Shown here in pieces: positions 36,355 through 48,141 of a stretch of 64,000 nt of DNA. The notes beneath the pieces are model-generated. The model ran no database searches. It was not told where the DNA came from and worked only from the letters and a program-made list of their open reading frames with translations. How positions within the stretch are numbered: the stretch's first letter is position 1; each line of letters opens with the position of its first letter. The DNA comes from Paragordius varius. Taxonomy: Eukaryota; Animalia; Nematomorpha. The stretch is taken from assembly GCA_964247055.1 (NCBI GenBank), contig OZ176051.1, forward strand, positions 8,184,001 through 8,248,000, written 5' to 3'. The position numbers and the translations under genes were made by a program.

Positions 36355-39300
36355 TCAATCAATTTTATCAAAAAATTCTTCTTGGTGACATTCAACACAA
36401 TCCCCAACTTCGAGTTCATTAGAACTTCCACAATCATCGGAATCGCTTCTTTCATCTTTTTTAATCTGTATCAAAATTCATAGAATGCAAAATTAATCAA
36501 AGATCAAACGTTTGTCGCAATGAATATATTTTTGGCAAAAACACGCTTTTACATGTATACCAAAAAACCATTAATTTAGCAATGAATCATTAAAAAAATG
36601 TGTTAACTGTGTTTTTATAAATTTACGTTTAACCCAGGGGAGTGCGCAACAAAATGGCATTGCAAAACGCTTTTTCAACATAAAAAATCTGGCAAGCCGT
36701 ATCTTCGAAAAACTGATTAAATTTCAAATATAAAAATCTAAAAAATATGAAAACCAATATTACACCAATTTCTAGTTCCGATGCCAAAAACAGCCGTAAA
36801 ACATTTTAAATTCAAATTATCAATATATATGTTTAAACGTAGGATGAGATGCTATATATTCAAATTAAAACGACTTAAAAAGTTAAATTAGTCCTATTGA
36901 ACAAACAATAGTGTTATAATTTTATATATAAATTTTCTGAGCATAATTAAAAATGTTCAAAAATAGCATTTGAAGGGAAAATTATTAGTATTTATTTTAA
37001 CTGAGGTTTATACAAATATAATTTTTGTCAAATATAAAATATTGATATCTATAAACATTCAAATTTTCGGCGACCCGCCCAAAAAGTCATTAAAAACCGC
37101 GTGCACCCCAATCTATTATTCAAACGCTTCTAAAATTTAATTTATTAGTGTAAAAACTGAATTTATATGGACAAAACGTAAATAAAGAAAGACAAATATT
37201 TTTTTCTAAAAGACAACCATACTTTTTCAAACCTTAATTTTTCCCATATAAGTTCATTACAATTTTTATCTTGAGAATTGATGTGTCACCAATTACATAC
37301 CAATTTTATAAATTGCAATTTGAAACAATGAGTTAGTTATATTTTAAAAAATGGAGTTTGAAAAAGTATGGTTGTCTGTTTTAAGATAAAAATATTTGTC
37401 TTTATTTTGCAAATAATTCCAATTTTCATTGTGTATATAATATGTATCAATAATAATAATTAATTAAACTATAATACTTACTTCACCATATTTAATGGAT
37501 TTGTAAGCCATTTTACAGATAATGTAAAACCAAAAAGCGTTTAATCCCAACAGTAATAACAATAACCCATTGAACACGTAATAAGCGGCAAAAAACGTTT
37601 CCAATATTTTATGTGCTTCAAATAGAGCCGGATATATGACTCTGTATGAATATGAGAAGAAATCATCATTAAAGTAAAAAACCATGAATTATGTATAAAA
37701 ATCAAAAATATAAAATCTATGGAAACCTATTTATTAATTAAGGTCAAAGCCCAAATAATTTTGGCGGTTCTAGCATAAATAGAAGTGATTCAATAAAATT
37801 GTGTTGTAAAAAAGCTTTTTTAAGAAAGAAGAAAATATTTAAATCGCATATAAAACATTCATTTATCTGTAATATTGGCTACCTTCTATGCTCTAAGATT
37901 ATATGTTAAAAATATTTCAGAATAACAAAAATAGAAGATAATTCCAGTAAATTTAAGAAAATCAAGAAATGAAATGTTTAAAATTAAGTTATATAAACGT
38001 CTATTTTATAATCTTTTAATGATTTAAATGATTTCAGAATATGTCATAAATATACATAGTTGTATACCTGTAAGGAAATATAATTAATCTGGTAATGAAC
38101 CAAATGCTGGCAAAAATGCAGAAAAGTATGTTACAATATTCCTTTTTCTTGCAATAATTGGCCATTTTCGTTAACTAATAACCACACATAAATATATGTT
38201 CAATAATAAAAATTTTTAAATTAAGTATGCATTTTAATGGTTGCTTATTTCACACTATAGTTGGTCGATTTGCGACACAGTAGTGTATAGAAAAAACGTT
38301 AAAATATTGAATAAGTAAATTTTTCCTTTCTTATGCCATACACTATTGTTTTGCGAATTGACCAACTATAGTGTGAAATAAGCAACCATTAAAATACCTA
38401 CTGTATATATACCATTTACAGTTCAAGTTCACCCTTGAACAATCAAATTCACCTTCAAACAATTCAAATTCACCCTAAAATAAATTATTTTTTAAGATTA
38501 AAAATTACTTATATTTTTTTATATTTTTAAAAAAAGAAACTTTGTATGTAATCAAAACAATACTGAAAAAATAATAAACTTTGCCATAAAAATATATTTA
38601 ATTATAATGATGAATTATATTAGACCGAAATTTCACAATTTATTTTTAGGGTGAATTTGAATTGTTCGAGGGTGAATTTGAATTGTTCAAGGGTGAAATT
38701 GAATTGTTCAAGGGTGAATTTGAATTGTTTAAAGGTGAATTTGAATTGTAAATGGTATAACATAGATAATGAGTACACATACAAAATTATAATTCCATGC
38801 AAGATTGCTATATATTTGGGTTATTAAAAATAATATATAATAAAATTTTAATAAAATAAAAACGGACACTTGACAAACAAAAAATAATAAATATTATAAA
38901 AAAGGGTAAATATATTAAAAATTATTGTTTTTCCATTAAATAATTATGGTTGAATTGGTATCTTTATTTAACAATTTTTCTGACAAAAGAATCCTTTATA
39001 AAAATACAAATAAATGGTATAAGGATATATTTTTATAAAAAAAATTTATAATCAAAAATAATTTTTTTACCTCTAACCAATAATCAACGGCATCATGAAT
39101 AACCAATACTAGTGAACCAATCCTAACCATATTAGTTACCCAAGAGAATGTCATCAACAGAAGGGTACAGATATGATGTGCAAACATTTGCCAAAAATCC
39201 TGGATATGTTTTTTTATAGAGTAATCAAGATATTATCCTTTATAAAGTGAAATGATGGCAAAAAAGTAATTTTTTAAGCCTAAAAATAATTAAAATGATA

Positions 39301-42300
39301 ATTGGGCAAAAAGCGCGTATAAAATCGATTATTATACTATAAAAAGCGGCTAATTTGTTGCAAAATTAAAGTTTTTATTTATTGGAAATAAGAAAAAAAC
39401 TATATAATGAATATTTTATGGTATAATAACATTTTTGGTACAAAAACCAATTGTTTATGAAATTTTAAAGAGAAACAGTATATTTATCAAATTTTATTAA
39501 TTATCACTAATATAGTAATATTACTCGATAAAATTATTTTGCTACCCAAAACGATATACCAAATATAATCATAATTACTAATTTAACAAAGAAAAGACGT
39601 CGCCGAAATTACGCAGACAATTAAGATACAAACCCCATTTTGTTCAATCAACACTAAGTTTCTAACTTTTATCATTTGGTAATAATGTCGAATTTTGTGC
39701 CTGGAAAATAAACATTTTTGCGCATTAACAGATGAAAAAGGAAAGTCATGGTTTGCAGGCAAAATCATATGAGCAGCAACATGCTCTAATAATTACCACA
39801 TGTGAATGTCGGCGCTCTGCTAAACCACATAGCTGCGAGACACTAAAGTGCAAACATTTGATGATGACCTAACTCAAAGTTACAATTGTCAGAAGCTTTA
39901 CATGTATTACAAAAAATAATTAAAAAGACGTTTACGAGCAATATAAGAGACCAATAAGCCCGGTAAATGGGTTCCACACAATCCGAATAACGTCAAATAG
40001 AAAAACGCAAAATGAGTTAAATCCTGCTATAACGCACCAAAAGAATTCATTTTTCCATCAAATCGACAGATGATAACAAATGGATTTAATTTGTAAATCC
40101 AAAGTGGAAAAATCGTGTTTTCTCTCTCGCCAAAGTAGTCGATCGAATCCAAAAAATAGTTTCAAAAAGATTATGCGCTGTGTCTGGTGGAATCAGTATA
40201 TTGTTCATCAAGAGCTTATGACACTCGGGGAAGTAAACAAATGATTAATTTAACCATGTATGCATTAAAAATACCCGGTTAAAATTGGCCGAATACATGG
40301 CAGTGATTTTGCTACGTGACAATTCCCCGTCTTACACTGCAAAACTAATGAAATATACATAGAAAACGCTTTGATAACAAATTTCGCACCCGATAAACAC
40401 TCGTGACCTGGCGCCATCTAATGAATTATAAGAATTCGCATCAGAGCAGCTATTCAGTATTTTTAAAGATGTTGGAAAATGGTTTGACGAATGGTTTTCC
40501 GCAAAAGACAATCAATTTTTCTGGCATGGCATTTATATATTACCTGGGAGATGATGTATAGAAGTCGATGCACAATATCGACTTACTTTCACAGTTACTT
40601 TTTAAGCAAAAAACGTAAAACTTATGACCACCACTGGTAATTTAAATAAAATAAGGTGCGAAATAATATTTTTCTAAAAATTTGTCTTATTTTATAATTT
40701 CAATATTTAACGCAAGCCGAAGAAAAGTAAAATCTTAACTTATAAACCATGTATTCCAATGATAATGGTAAACTATAAGTTTAAAGTCTAATTATTAATT
40801 TTAATATAATGTTTAACCGAAAATCCAAAATGTCGGCTGTTTTTTACAAATGAAAAAAATAATATTATACACTTAGATCAATAAAAGAGATTTGACTGTA
40901 GTTAAAAGATTAATTATTAAATTAACAAATTTTAATTTGAATAAAATATATTACTTTACGTTTTGTATCAAAAAACTGAGATATGGTAAGAGACCAATAG
41001 AATCCCATTTGAATCATGTAGTAATAGTATAAGTCTTTAGAAACATGCTAAATACAGTAATTTAAAATAAATATGACATAAATTATTAAAATGGGTAATT
41101 ATATCTTAAAACTTATTTTTTTATTTTACAACTTTAAGTTAAAGGTCAGAAATATTGTCTTTGTTTTAAAGTAATGTTTTACGTGTAAATATTAAAACAA
41201 AACAGATTCAAAATAAAACGTATTCATGCATAAAAAAAGAAAAATGTTACATTCAACAAATTTATACATAAAAATATTTTTGAGTGCCAAATAATCCTTT
41301 AAACGATTTAGCACTCGGAATCTGATATATATACCATTTACAGTTCAAATTTACCCCCGACAATTCAAATTCACCCTAATATAAATAATGTGTTTTTTAA
41401 GATTAGAAATTAGCTTTAAAATTAATATGATACTGAAAAAATAATCTATGCCATAAAATTATATTTCTTATTAATAATGATATTTAACCGAAAACACATA
41501 ATTTATTTTTAGGGTGAATTTGAATGGTTTGAGGGTGAATTATTGTAAATGGTATATTAAATTTAGAAAGATGGATTTAATGAGTTACAGTGATGAGTCG
41601 AATATGAATTTTTTCAAGCAATTTGAGTAAAATGTGTTAAAAGATTCTAGCGCCGAGAATCTAATTTTTTTAATGTTTGGAAAATTCCTAATTTTAATAA
41701 ATACAGACATTTGTGATGTGATAATGCAAATAACCCATACCTTAATCATAAAACAAATGAAGGCCATAATATCTATATTTAAACGCTTTTAATGTTTTTG
41801 TTTTTTACCAATGTGCTTGGATTTTTAGAGTATCCTGCCAACTAATTAATACCGTCCACTTATCTGAATCAATTTATGGTAAATAACCGTTAAAACATTT
41901 ATCGAGATTGATATAGTTTTTATAATATATATAAAATTATCATATAATAAAAAATGTATGACCACTAAAATTACACAGGGCCCATAATTATTTTAATGTT
42001 TATCGATTTTTTCGAAGAATTATCATTTTATTTATAGCTTCAGACACACATTTTACTTAAGATCTAAAAAAAGTCTTTCTTTAAGTTTAGAAATTATATA
42101 TTCCTACATCATTTTAAACTAAACAAATGTCTATATGCAAATACCAAAATTGCACATTTTCAACATATTTAGATTTACATATTAAGTATTTTTTTATCGA
42201 TTTTTGGGTAATGTGATCGTTTTGACTATTTTTTTAGCCCATAATTAAACCTTAATATTAAAATGTAATAAAAAAACCTGATATGGAAAGTTGAGCCAAC

Positions 42301-43028
42301 AAAACTTTGTATCCAAAAACCAGGGTTTCTAAAAAATAATATATTTAACAATTAGTATATAAAAGGAATAATAATAATTATTAAATTTTACCTTCCATAA
42401 AATACTGATCCCATACGTAAATGCGGTAAGGTAATATGCAAAACGCCAGCTAAACAAACAAAACATATAATGTTTTGAGATTATTTATTTATGGTTTTTA
42501 GAATAAAAATAATATTTTTAAAAATATAAACCAACTCTCGGAAAATTTGGCCAATTTGGCATTATATGCCTTGGACTTTATTTCATCATAAGAAACTTTT
42601 TGTTTAAGTTCATGTATAAGAGTTGTATTGCTATATCCATTACGCAAGACACAAGTGCCATTAATTGGTTCTAAACAATTATTACATTTTGAAAATTACT
42701 TATATATCCATTTCTCAAAGTGTTTTTGTTCGATATAAAATCAATCCTTTTATATTTATGAATTGATTTGTCCAGCCCAAAAAATTTTGCCAAATATATT
42801 GCAATAGTTCTAAATTTAAACTAAAATTTACTTTTCATAAAAGTATCGGATAATAAGGATAATTTGAGCAAATATAAGAGGCGTCCAAAGGTCAGAAAAC
42901 TGTGGATAGTAATTTAACTGACTAGGTTTATTTTGGAGATCTGACCATTTAATGGGATAAGGTAGCCAAAATATAGGGTTCCAAAACCAGTCAACAAAAA
43001 ATTTGTAATTAGAAGCGAGTAAATTCAT
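36355..43028 (-). CDS. CERS: Ceramide synthase (TLC/Lag1 family, CerS5/6-like N-terminus), 384 aa; complement(join(36355..36465,37482..37641,38068..38174,39071..39199,40955..41047,42278..42328,42392..42449,42532..42670,42700..42809,42832..43028))
   Basis: WFWNPIFWLP, KFSESCWRFAYY, RKDFWQMFAHH (Lag1p HH), VIHDAVD, TRLIIFPY and KDERSD. Ten exons join in frame; introns are 22, 29, 82, 63, 1230, 1755, 896, 426 and 1016 nt. Confidence 0.95.
37180..37408. repeat. Hairpin MITE in CerS intron 9
   Basis: agacaaccatactttttcaaac mirrored by gtttgaaaaagtatggttgtct. Confidence 0.7.
38231..38395. repeat. 165-bp hairpin MITE with perfect 36-bp TIR in CerS intron 7
   Basis: 38231-38266 is the exact reverse complement of 38360-38395. 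Confidence 0.85.
38410..38757. mobile_element. Family B MITE copy 2
   Basis: TACCATTTAC TIRs; about five 21-bp agggtgaatttgaattgttca units at the right end (source of the spurious EQFKFTL-repeat ORF). Confidence 0.85.
39600..40638 (+). mobile_element. Decayed mariner (DD34D, Mos1-like) transposon in CerS intron 6, antisense to the gene
   Basis: Relics MSNFVP, GKWVPH, KKIMRCVWWN, LLRDNSP, DLAPSN and KWFDEWF; many stops and frameshifts. Confidence 0.85.
41332..41554. mobile_element. Family B MITE copy 3
   Basis: ta|TACCATTTAC ... GTAAATGGTA|ta. Confidence 0.85.
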
Positions 43029-44020
43029 ATGTTGCTTAACTTAAAAAGGCATTTTACTATTTTGGTTAACTGGATAAAATTAATTACTTGAGATAAAATT
43101 CGAAAATATTTTTACAAGAAATGACTTATATTTAATATAGTAACAGCTTAAAATTTTACAACTAAAGACAATATGTTAGAGATGCTTTTCACCAATATTT
43201 AAAAAAACCACCATGCACAGGATTTTTAAAAAAGATAATAATAAAAATAATATATATTGATGGATATCAAAATTATAACACTTTTTATGTGTTATAGATC
43301 TTCTTTAATTTATTGTTAAGTGACCATCAACCGAAACAGAAACTTATCGTTTTAATAAAATCTAAAAACCAAATGCTGATGAAACTATTAATACAACATA
43401 AACAGCCTATAAACAGCGAAATTTATCAAATTTTTGAAGGTTCCTCTACTCTGATAGGGGATCGTGTTCTTAGAAAAAGACTACAGCGAATAATATTCTG
43501 AATTAAAATATTAATTAGGAAAAATTAATAAATGGAAAAATTAATGGAAATTTTATGAATATTGGTATATAACCTTAAAAGCATATTAGAATTATTAGTT
43601 AAAAACACTTTATTCATGATGATACTGAGCCATTTGACAACCTCGATTTATTTCTGACTTGGAAATCTTTTGAGAAATTGAAGATTTTATATTTTATATC
43701 CTTTTATACTGTTTAATCATGCTATTATTAGCCTCAAACAAATGCTATTATTAATTTTGATGTCAGATTTTACTTTAAAATAAGTTATTACAATTGTTAA
43801 GTACAAAAACAATTAAAAGCTCATATATATATATATCTTAAAATAATTTTTTGTTTGCATTGGCTTGTAGTGACAAGAAAATATTCAGGATTTTTATTCT
43901 GTTGATTTGGAGGCTTCCGATGTGTTTAAAATTATTACCTTTTTGGTTAATGTTCTAGAGCCGATCCGATATATTTATGAAGTTAATATCAGTTTTTAAA
44001 ATTTTAGCATTTTGATTTAA

Positions 44021-44591
44021 CACTTCGATTCAATTTGGGGAATTTAAATACCCCAGACCAAATTAGATAATTTTAAAAAAACTACTGGAAACGGTCCTAA
44101 TTTAAAATTATGCTTCTATCCCAAAAAAAATTATATAAATAGGCTAAAATATTTTAATAAAATTTCGTTTTGAAAAAAAAGTTCCAGGACAAACACTTGG
44201 ACGCCATTTTTATTTTGAAAACTTTTTCAAAATATCGTGTTCATTTATTTTTCAAAGTATAGTTAAAGCTAATTTTATTTTTAAATAATATCTAACACTG
44301 ATATAAATAAAAAAAGTGATTTATTTTGTATTATTTTTCAATTTAGCCATTTCACATATGTTACGTTGACTAAATTTTCACCTTGGGTTTTGGCTTAAAA
44401 TAAGTAATATCAAGTATTTTTGAAAAAATTTTTTTCTATATTCCGGTTTATTAATGTTATATAAGTGCAAAATTTTGCTATGGTTTCGATTCCTTCCATA
44501 TTTTTTAAAGAATTTAATTTTAAACAGGCCTGGGGTATCCAACTACCCCAATTTGAATCGAAGGACAAAATGAATGTGTTGTATTCAAGTG
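44021..44591 (+). mobile_element. Family A piggyBac-like MITE copy 6 (571 bp, best preserved)
   Basis: TTAA|CACTTCGATTCAA ... TATTCAAGTG|TTAA. Confidence 0.88.
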
Positions 44592-45954
44592 TTAATAAAA
44601 TGGTTTCTTAAAATAAAATTATATATATCTAAATTTTTCTCCCAAATTTTTCCTTGGTTTTCGAAATCGTTAATCCAGCATACAAATAAATATATATGGT
44701 TTAAACATAAATAAATAACTTTAAAAGTTTTTAACCTGTTTGTTTTAATCGGGTTTTGTAAATATTCGAATTTCGGTCTCTAAATATTAAAAGTTGTATA
44801 AAATTTTATTTTATATAAAACCAAATAACAATTTTGTTTTATAAATTTTTAACTAGTTTACAGTTACTTTGGATTACCACCACAAAATGTATTAATCTAC
44901 AAAAAACGCAGGTTAAAGAGTATAGTTGTTAACACTTTTAATTGTTTTTTAAAACCTTAGCGCACATATTCTAAACAAAGGTTTTTTGGAGAAATAAATA
45001 AGCACTTTAAGGTATCATATATTATATTATAAACTACATTTCAAAAGCCGAAACTAATTTTAAAACTCTCTAATATGGGTGCTTTAAATATAGGTATAGT
45101 TGTTGAGATTGCGCGATACGTTCAATATATGCTAGATTATGACTTTTAAAATATTAAAAATTGCATGCTTTGTTTTGAAGTCAAAAATTGCTTTTGAATA
45201 TTATAGGAAACGAAACAAAAACACTTTAAGATCTGATAGATTTAGATATCAAACATTTTTCTAAATCTCAAGATTCGATCTAAAAATTCGCTTGGGCTAT
45301 ATATTTGAAAAATCAATATATCATGAAAATTAAAATTTTACCAAAATAATGAGGTGATATAAGTGTCAGCAGCCTAAAATTGTGCAAAAAGATATTTTGA
45401 AGTCTGTGTTTGTATACTGTTTACACCATGCTTCAAACAAAATTTTACGAAATTTTGAAAAATGTAATGGGTCGCTTGTTTTATATCTTTCAAAATATAT
45501 TTCCATTAAAATAATTAAAAATTATGTAAACAAATATTATAATTTCTCCGCATGAATTATAATTTTATAACTATCAATCTTAAAAATATCTATGGTATAA
45601 AATTTCATATATTTTAATGTCTCTTTGGCGCCTTATCAAAAAATATCTTTAATAGAATATATCATATCTCAATTCCACCAAATATTTTACAATTTGTGTT
45701 TATCACTAAAAAATAGCAAACAAGAATATGTTTTATTTACTATAATGATTTTTTATTAAAAAAAATCAGCTTGCTACATTTAATTATTATTGTTTTCCAA
45801 ATTATAACTATATCATAGGGCTTTTTCATTGACATACAGTAAGCACATTGATGCAGGCCCATTCATGTTGTATAATTAATACATTGTATAGGTGTAAAAA
45901 TCCATTCTATCATAAAAACATAAATTTGTGTATTTGATGGACAAAATTTGTTTT

Positions 45955-47060
45955 TATTTTGTGCAAAAAAGGTTAATTTTTTTAAAATATTTTTTTTGTG
46001 AGATTGCTCATTACCAGCGAATTTGCCGCAACATTTTTTTTTGTTTACGACCTAAATTTTGAAATATTGAGAGAATGTCAAAATTAGGCCAAAAGTAGAA
46101 AATTAAGGATAATTGAAAAAAATAAAGACAAAATTTGATATATTATGGTTTATTACCATTGGAGATATTTTCAATAGGCCTAATATCATATAGTTAGGTT
46201 TTTATAAAAACTCAAATCAAATAATAGTTTTTTTCTTTTTGTTTATGAAACTTTAAATAATTTTTTATTTTATACTTGCTAAATACCATTAATATCTTAA
46301 CATCCAAATTTTATTCAGTAAAAAATATAGATGAAAATAATATTGTTATTTATTTATATTTTTGTCATCTGGTTTATGAGTGCATAATAAATTTACTGTT
46401 TTATTTTGGAATCTTACATAAGCGGGAATTATAAAGTATATAAATTTATGCAAAAATGTAATGGAACAACCAACAATCCGTACGAATCCCTATAACAGGT
46501 TTGTTTTAACACAAATTAATATTTTTACTGGGATTTGGGATCGGTTGATATTCCACTCTTTGTAGATCATATTTTGTAATAATTTATTTACTTTAAAATC
46601 TTCGCTCATGTAAGACTCCAAAAGATCACAAAAAATGAATAATAAAAAATTATTTTTTTACTTATTTTGATATATAAGTTTACTTAAAAAAATATGGATG
46701 TTATTGTGAGTTTAGCTAGTAAAGAAATATTGTTTCCTCAACAAAATTTTGTCTTTTAAGTATGTTAAGAAAGACGCCATTTTTTATTTGAGTTTTTATA
46801 AAAACCCTAACTATATGATTTTAGGCTGTTCGTAAATATCTGCTAAAATGATAAAACTCCATAGTATATTAAGTATTATCATTATTTTTTAAATATCCCC
46901 ATTTATCCTTAATTTTTACTTTTTGCCCAATTTTGATTTTCTCTCAATATCTTAAAAACTAGGTCGTAAACAAATAAAAAATTTTACGGCAAATGAATTC
47001 GCTGGTCAAGCTATCTCAGGAATTAAAAATATTTTGTTAAAATTTTTTTTGCACACAGTG
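45955..47060. mobile_element. Foldback element (~1.1 kb, CAGTG|TA right end)
   Basis: ccagcgaatttgccg/cggcaaatgaattcgctgg and atagttaggtttttataaaaactcaaat/atttgagtttttataaaaaccctaactat are inverted pairs. Confidence 0.7.
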
Positions 47061-48141
47061 TAACACACGCTCTATATTATAAATTGGCCAACAATAATAT
47101 GAATAGGCCAATGCTAGTATAAATATGAACAATGTTTATTATTCAAAAAAACAACCTCTATAACAATAGTTTTTCAGAGCTATGAAAAGAGATAAAAACA
47201 TCAGATTTTACACATAAGTTGTAAGCTAATAAAGTTTTAAAGGAACCAAACTAGGGTAGGATTTCGATCTAACCTATTCTTTTGCGGTTATTGAAAAATT
47301 GGTCAATTAAAACGACGTCACTTTTTTAGAATTATTATTAAAATTTATAAAAACCGGTCATTTAAGAAAGGGTATAGTACGAGCATTTTCAGATATTCAT
47401 ACCCGGTCAGATTATACCCCAGGCACTAAAAATTATCATTAGGCATAAAATTTTTAATGTGTGTGTGTGGAGCGCAAACAGATACTCAAACCTTGAATCT
47501 ATCGAAACGAACAACGCTATTTTAGCAAAGAAAGTGGGAATCTTTGGATCGTATGTAATTGTTATATATATATTCACAATGTTTATTTAAAAAGACGTAC
47601 ATTGACAATGAATTTTAGCGCGTATTCTTTTGATGAAATATAACGAGATAGTAATTAATCCCAAAACGGGAAAAGTTCATATTTTTTACATTTGACAATA
47701 AAATATCAAATTTATTCCTAATATTAAACTTTAACAGATTTCTATTTATTCGAACTCCATAATAAATTTATATTATATTACGCCTAATCGGAAATTATAT
47801 ATAAATATATATATATATATATATTGATTATTAAATGTTTACTAATTAAATCAGTTAAATTTGTTACCCAGTTACTCTATATAAATATTTTTAAATTATT
47901 TATTGTAATGTATATTAAATTTGTTATTAATTTACATTGTCAGAAAATTGGTAATGCGCACATAATATTTTTATATATATATTTTGGTTAATATAATCTC
48001 AAATTAAAGTGTTACAATATATGAATGACGAAAGTGCAGAAATAAGAAATTATGGATATATAGATGAGTATTATGACTAGTACGAACAAATTTACAATTA
48101 CAGCTATATATATTAAAAAAAGTCATTAAAGGAGAGAAAAT

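Noticed and set aside
38620-38802. Regular 21-bp repeats (CRISPR-like or coding heptad repeat EQFKFTL)
   Set aside because: No unique spacers and no cas genes in a eukaryotic context; these are subterminal repeats of MITE family B.
43313-43501. 62-aa ORF upstream of CerS
   Set aside because: No ATG start and no recognisable motif; possibly a TE relic.
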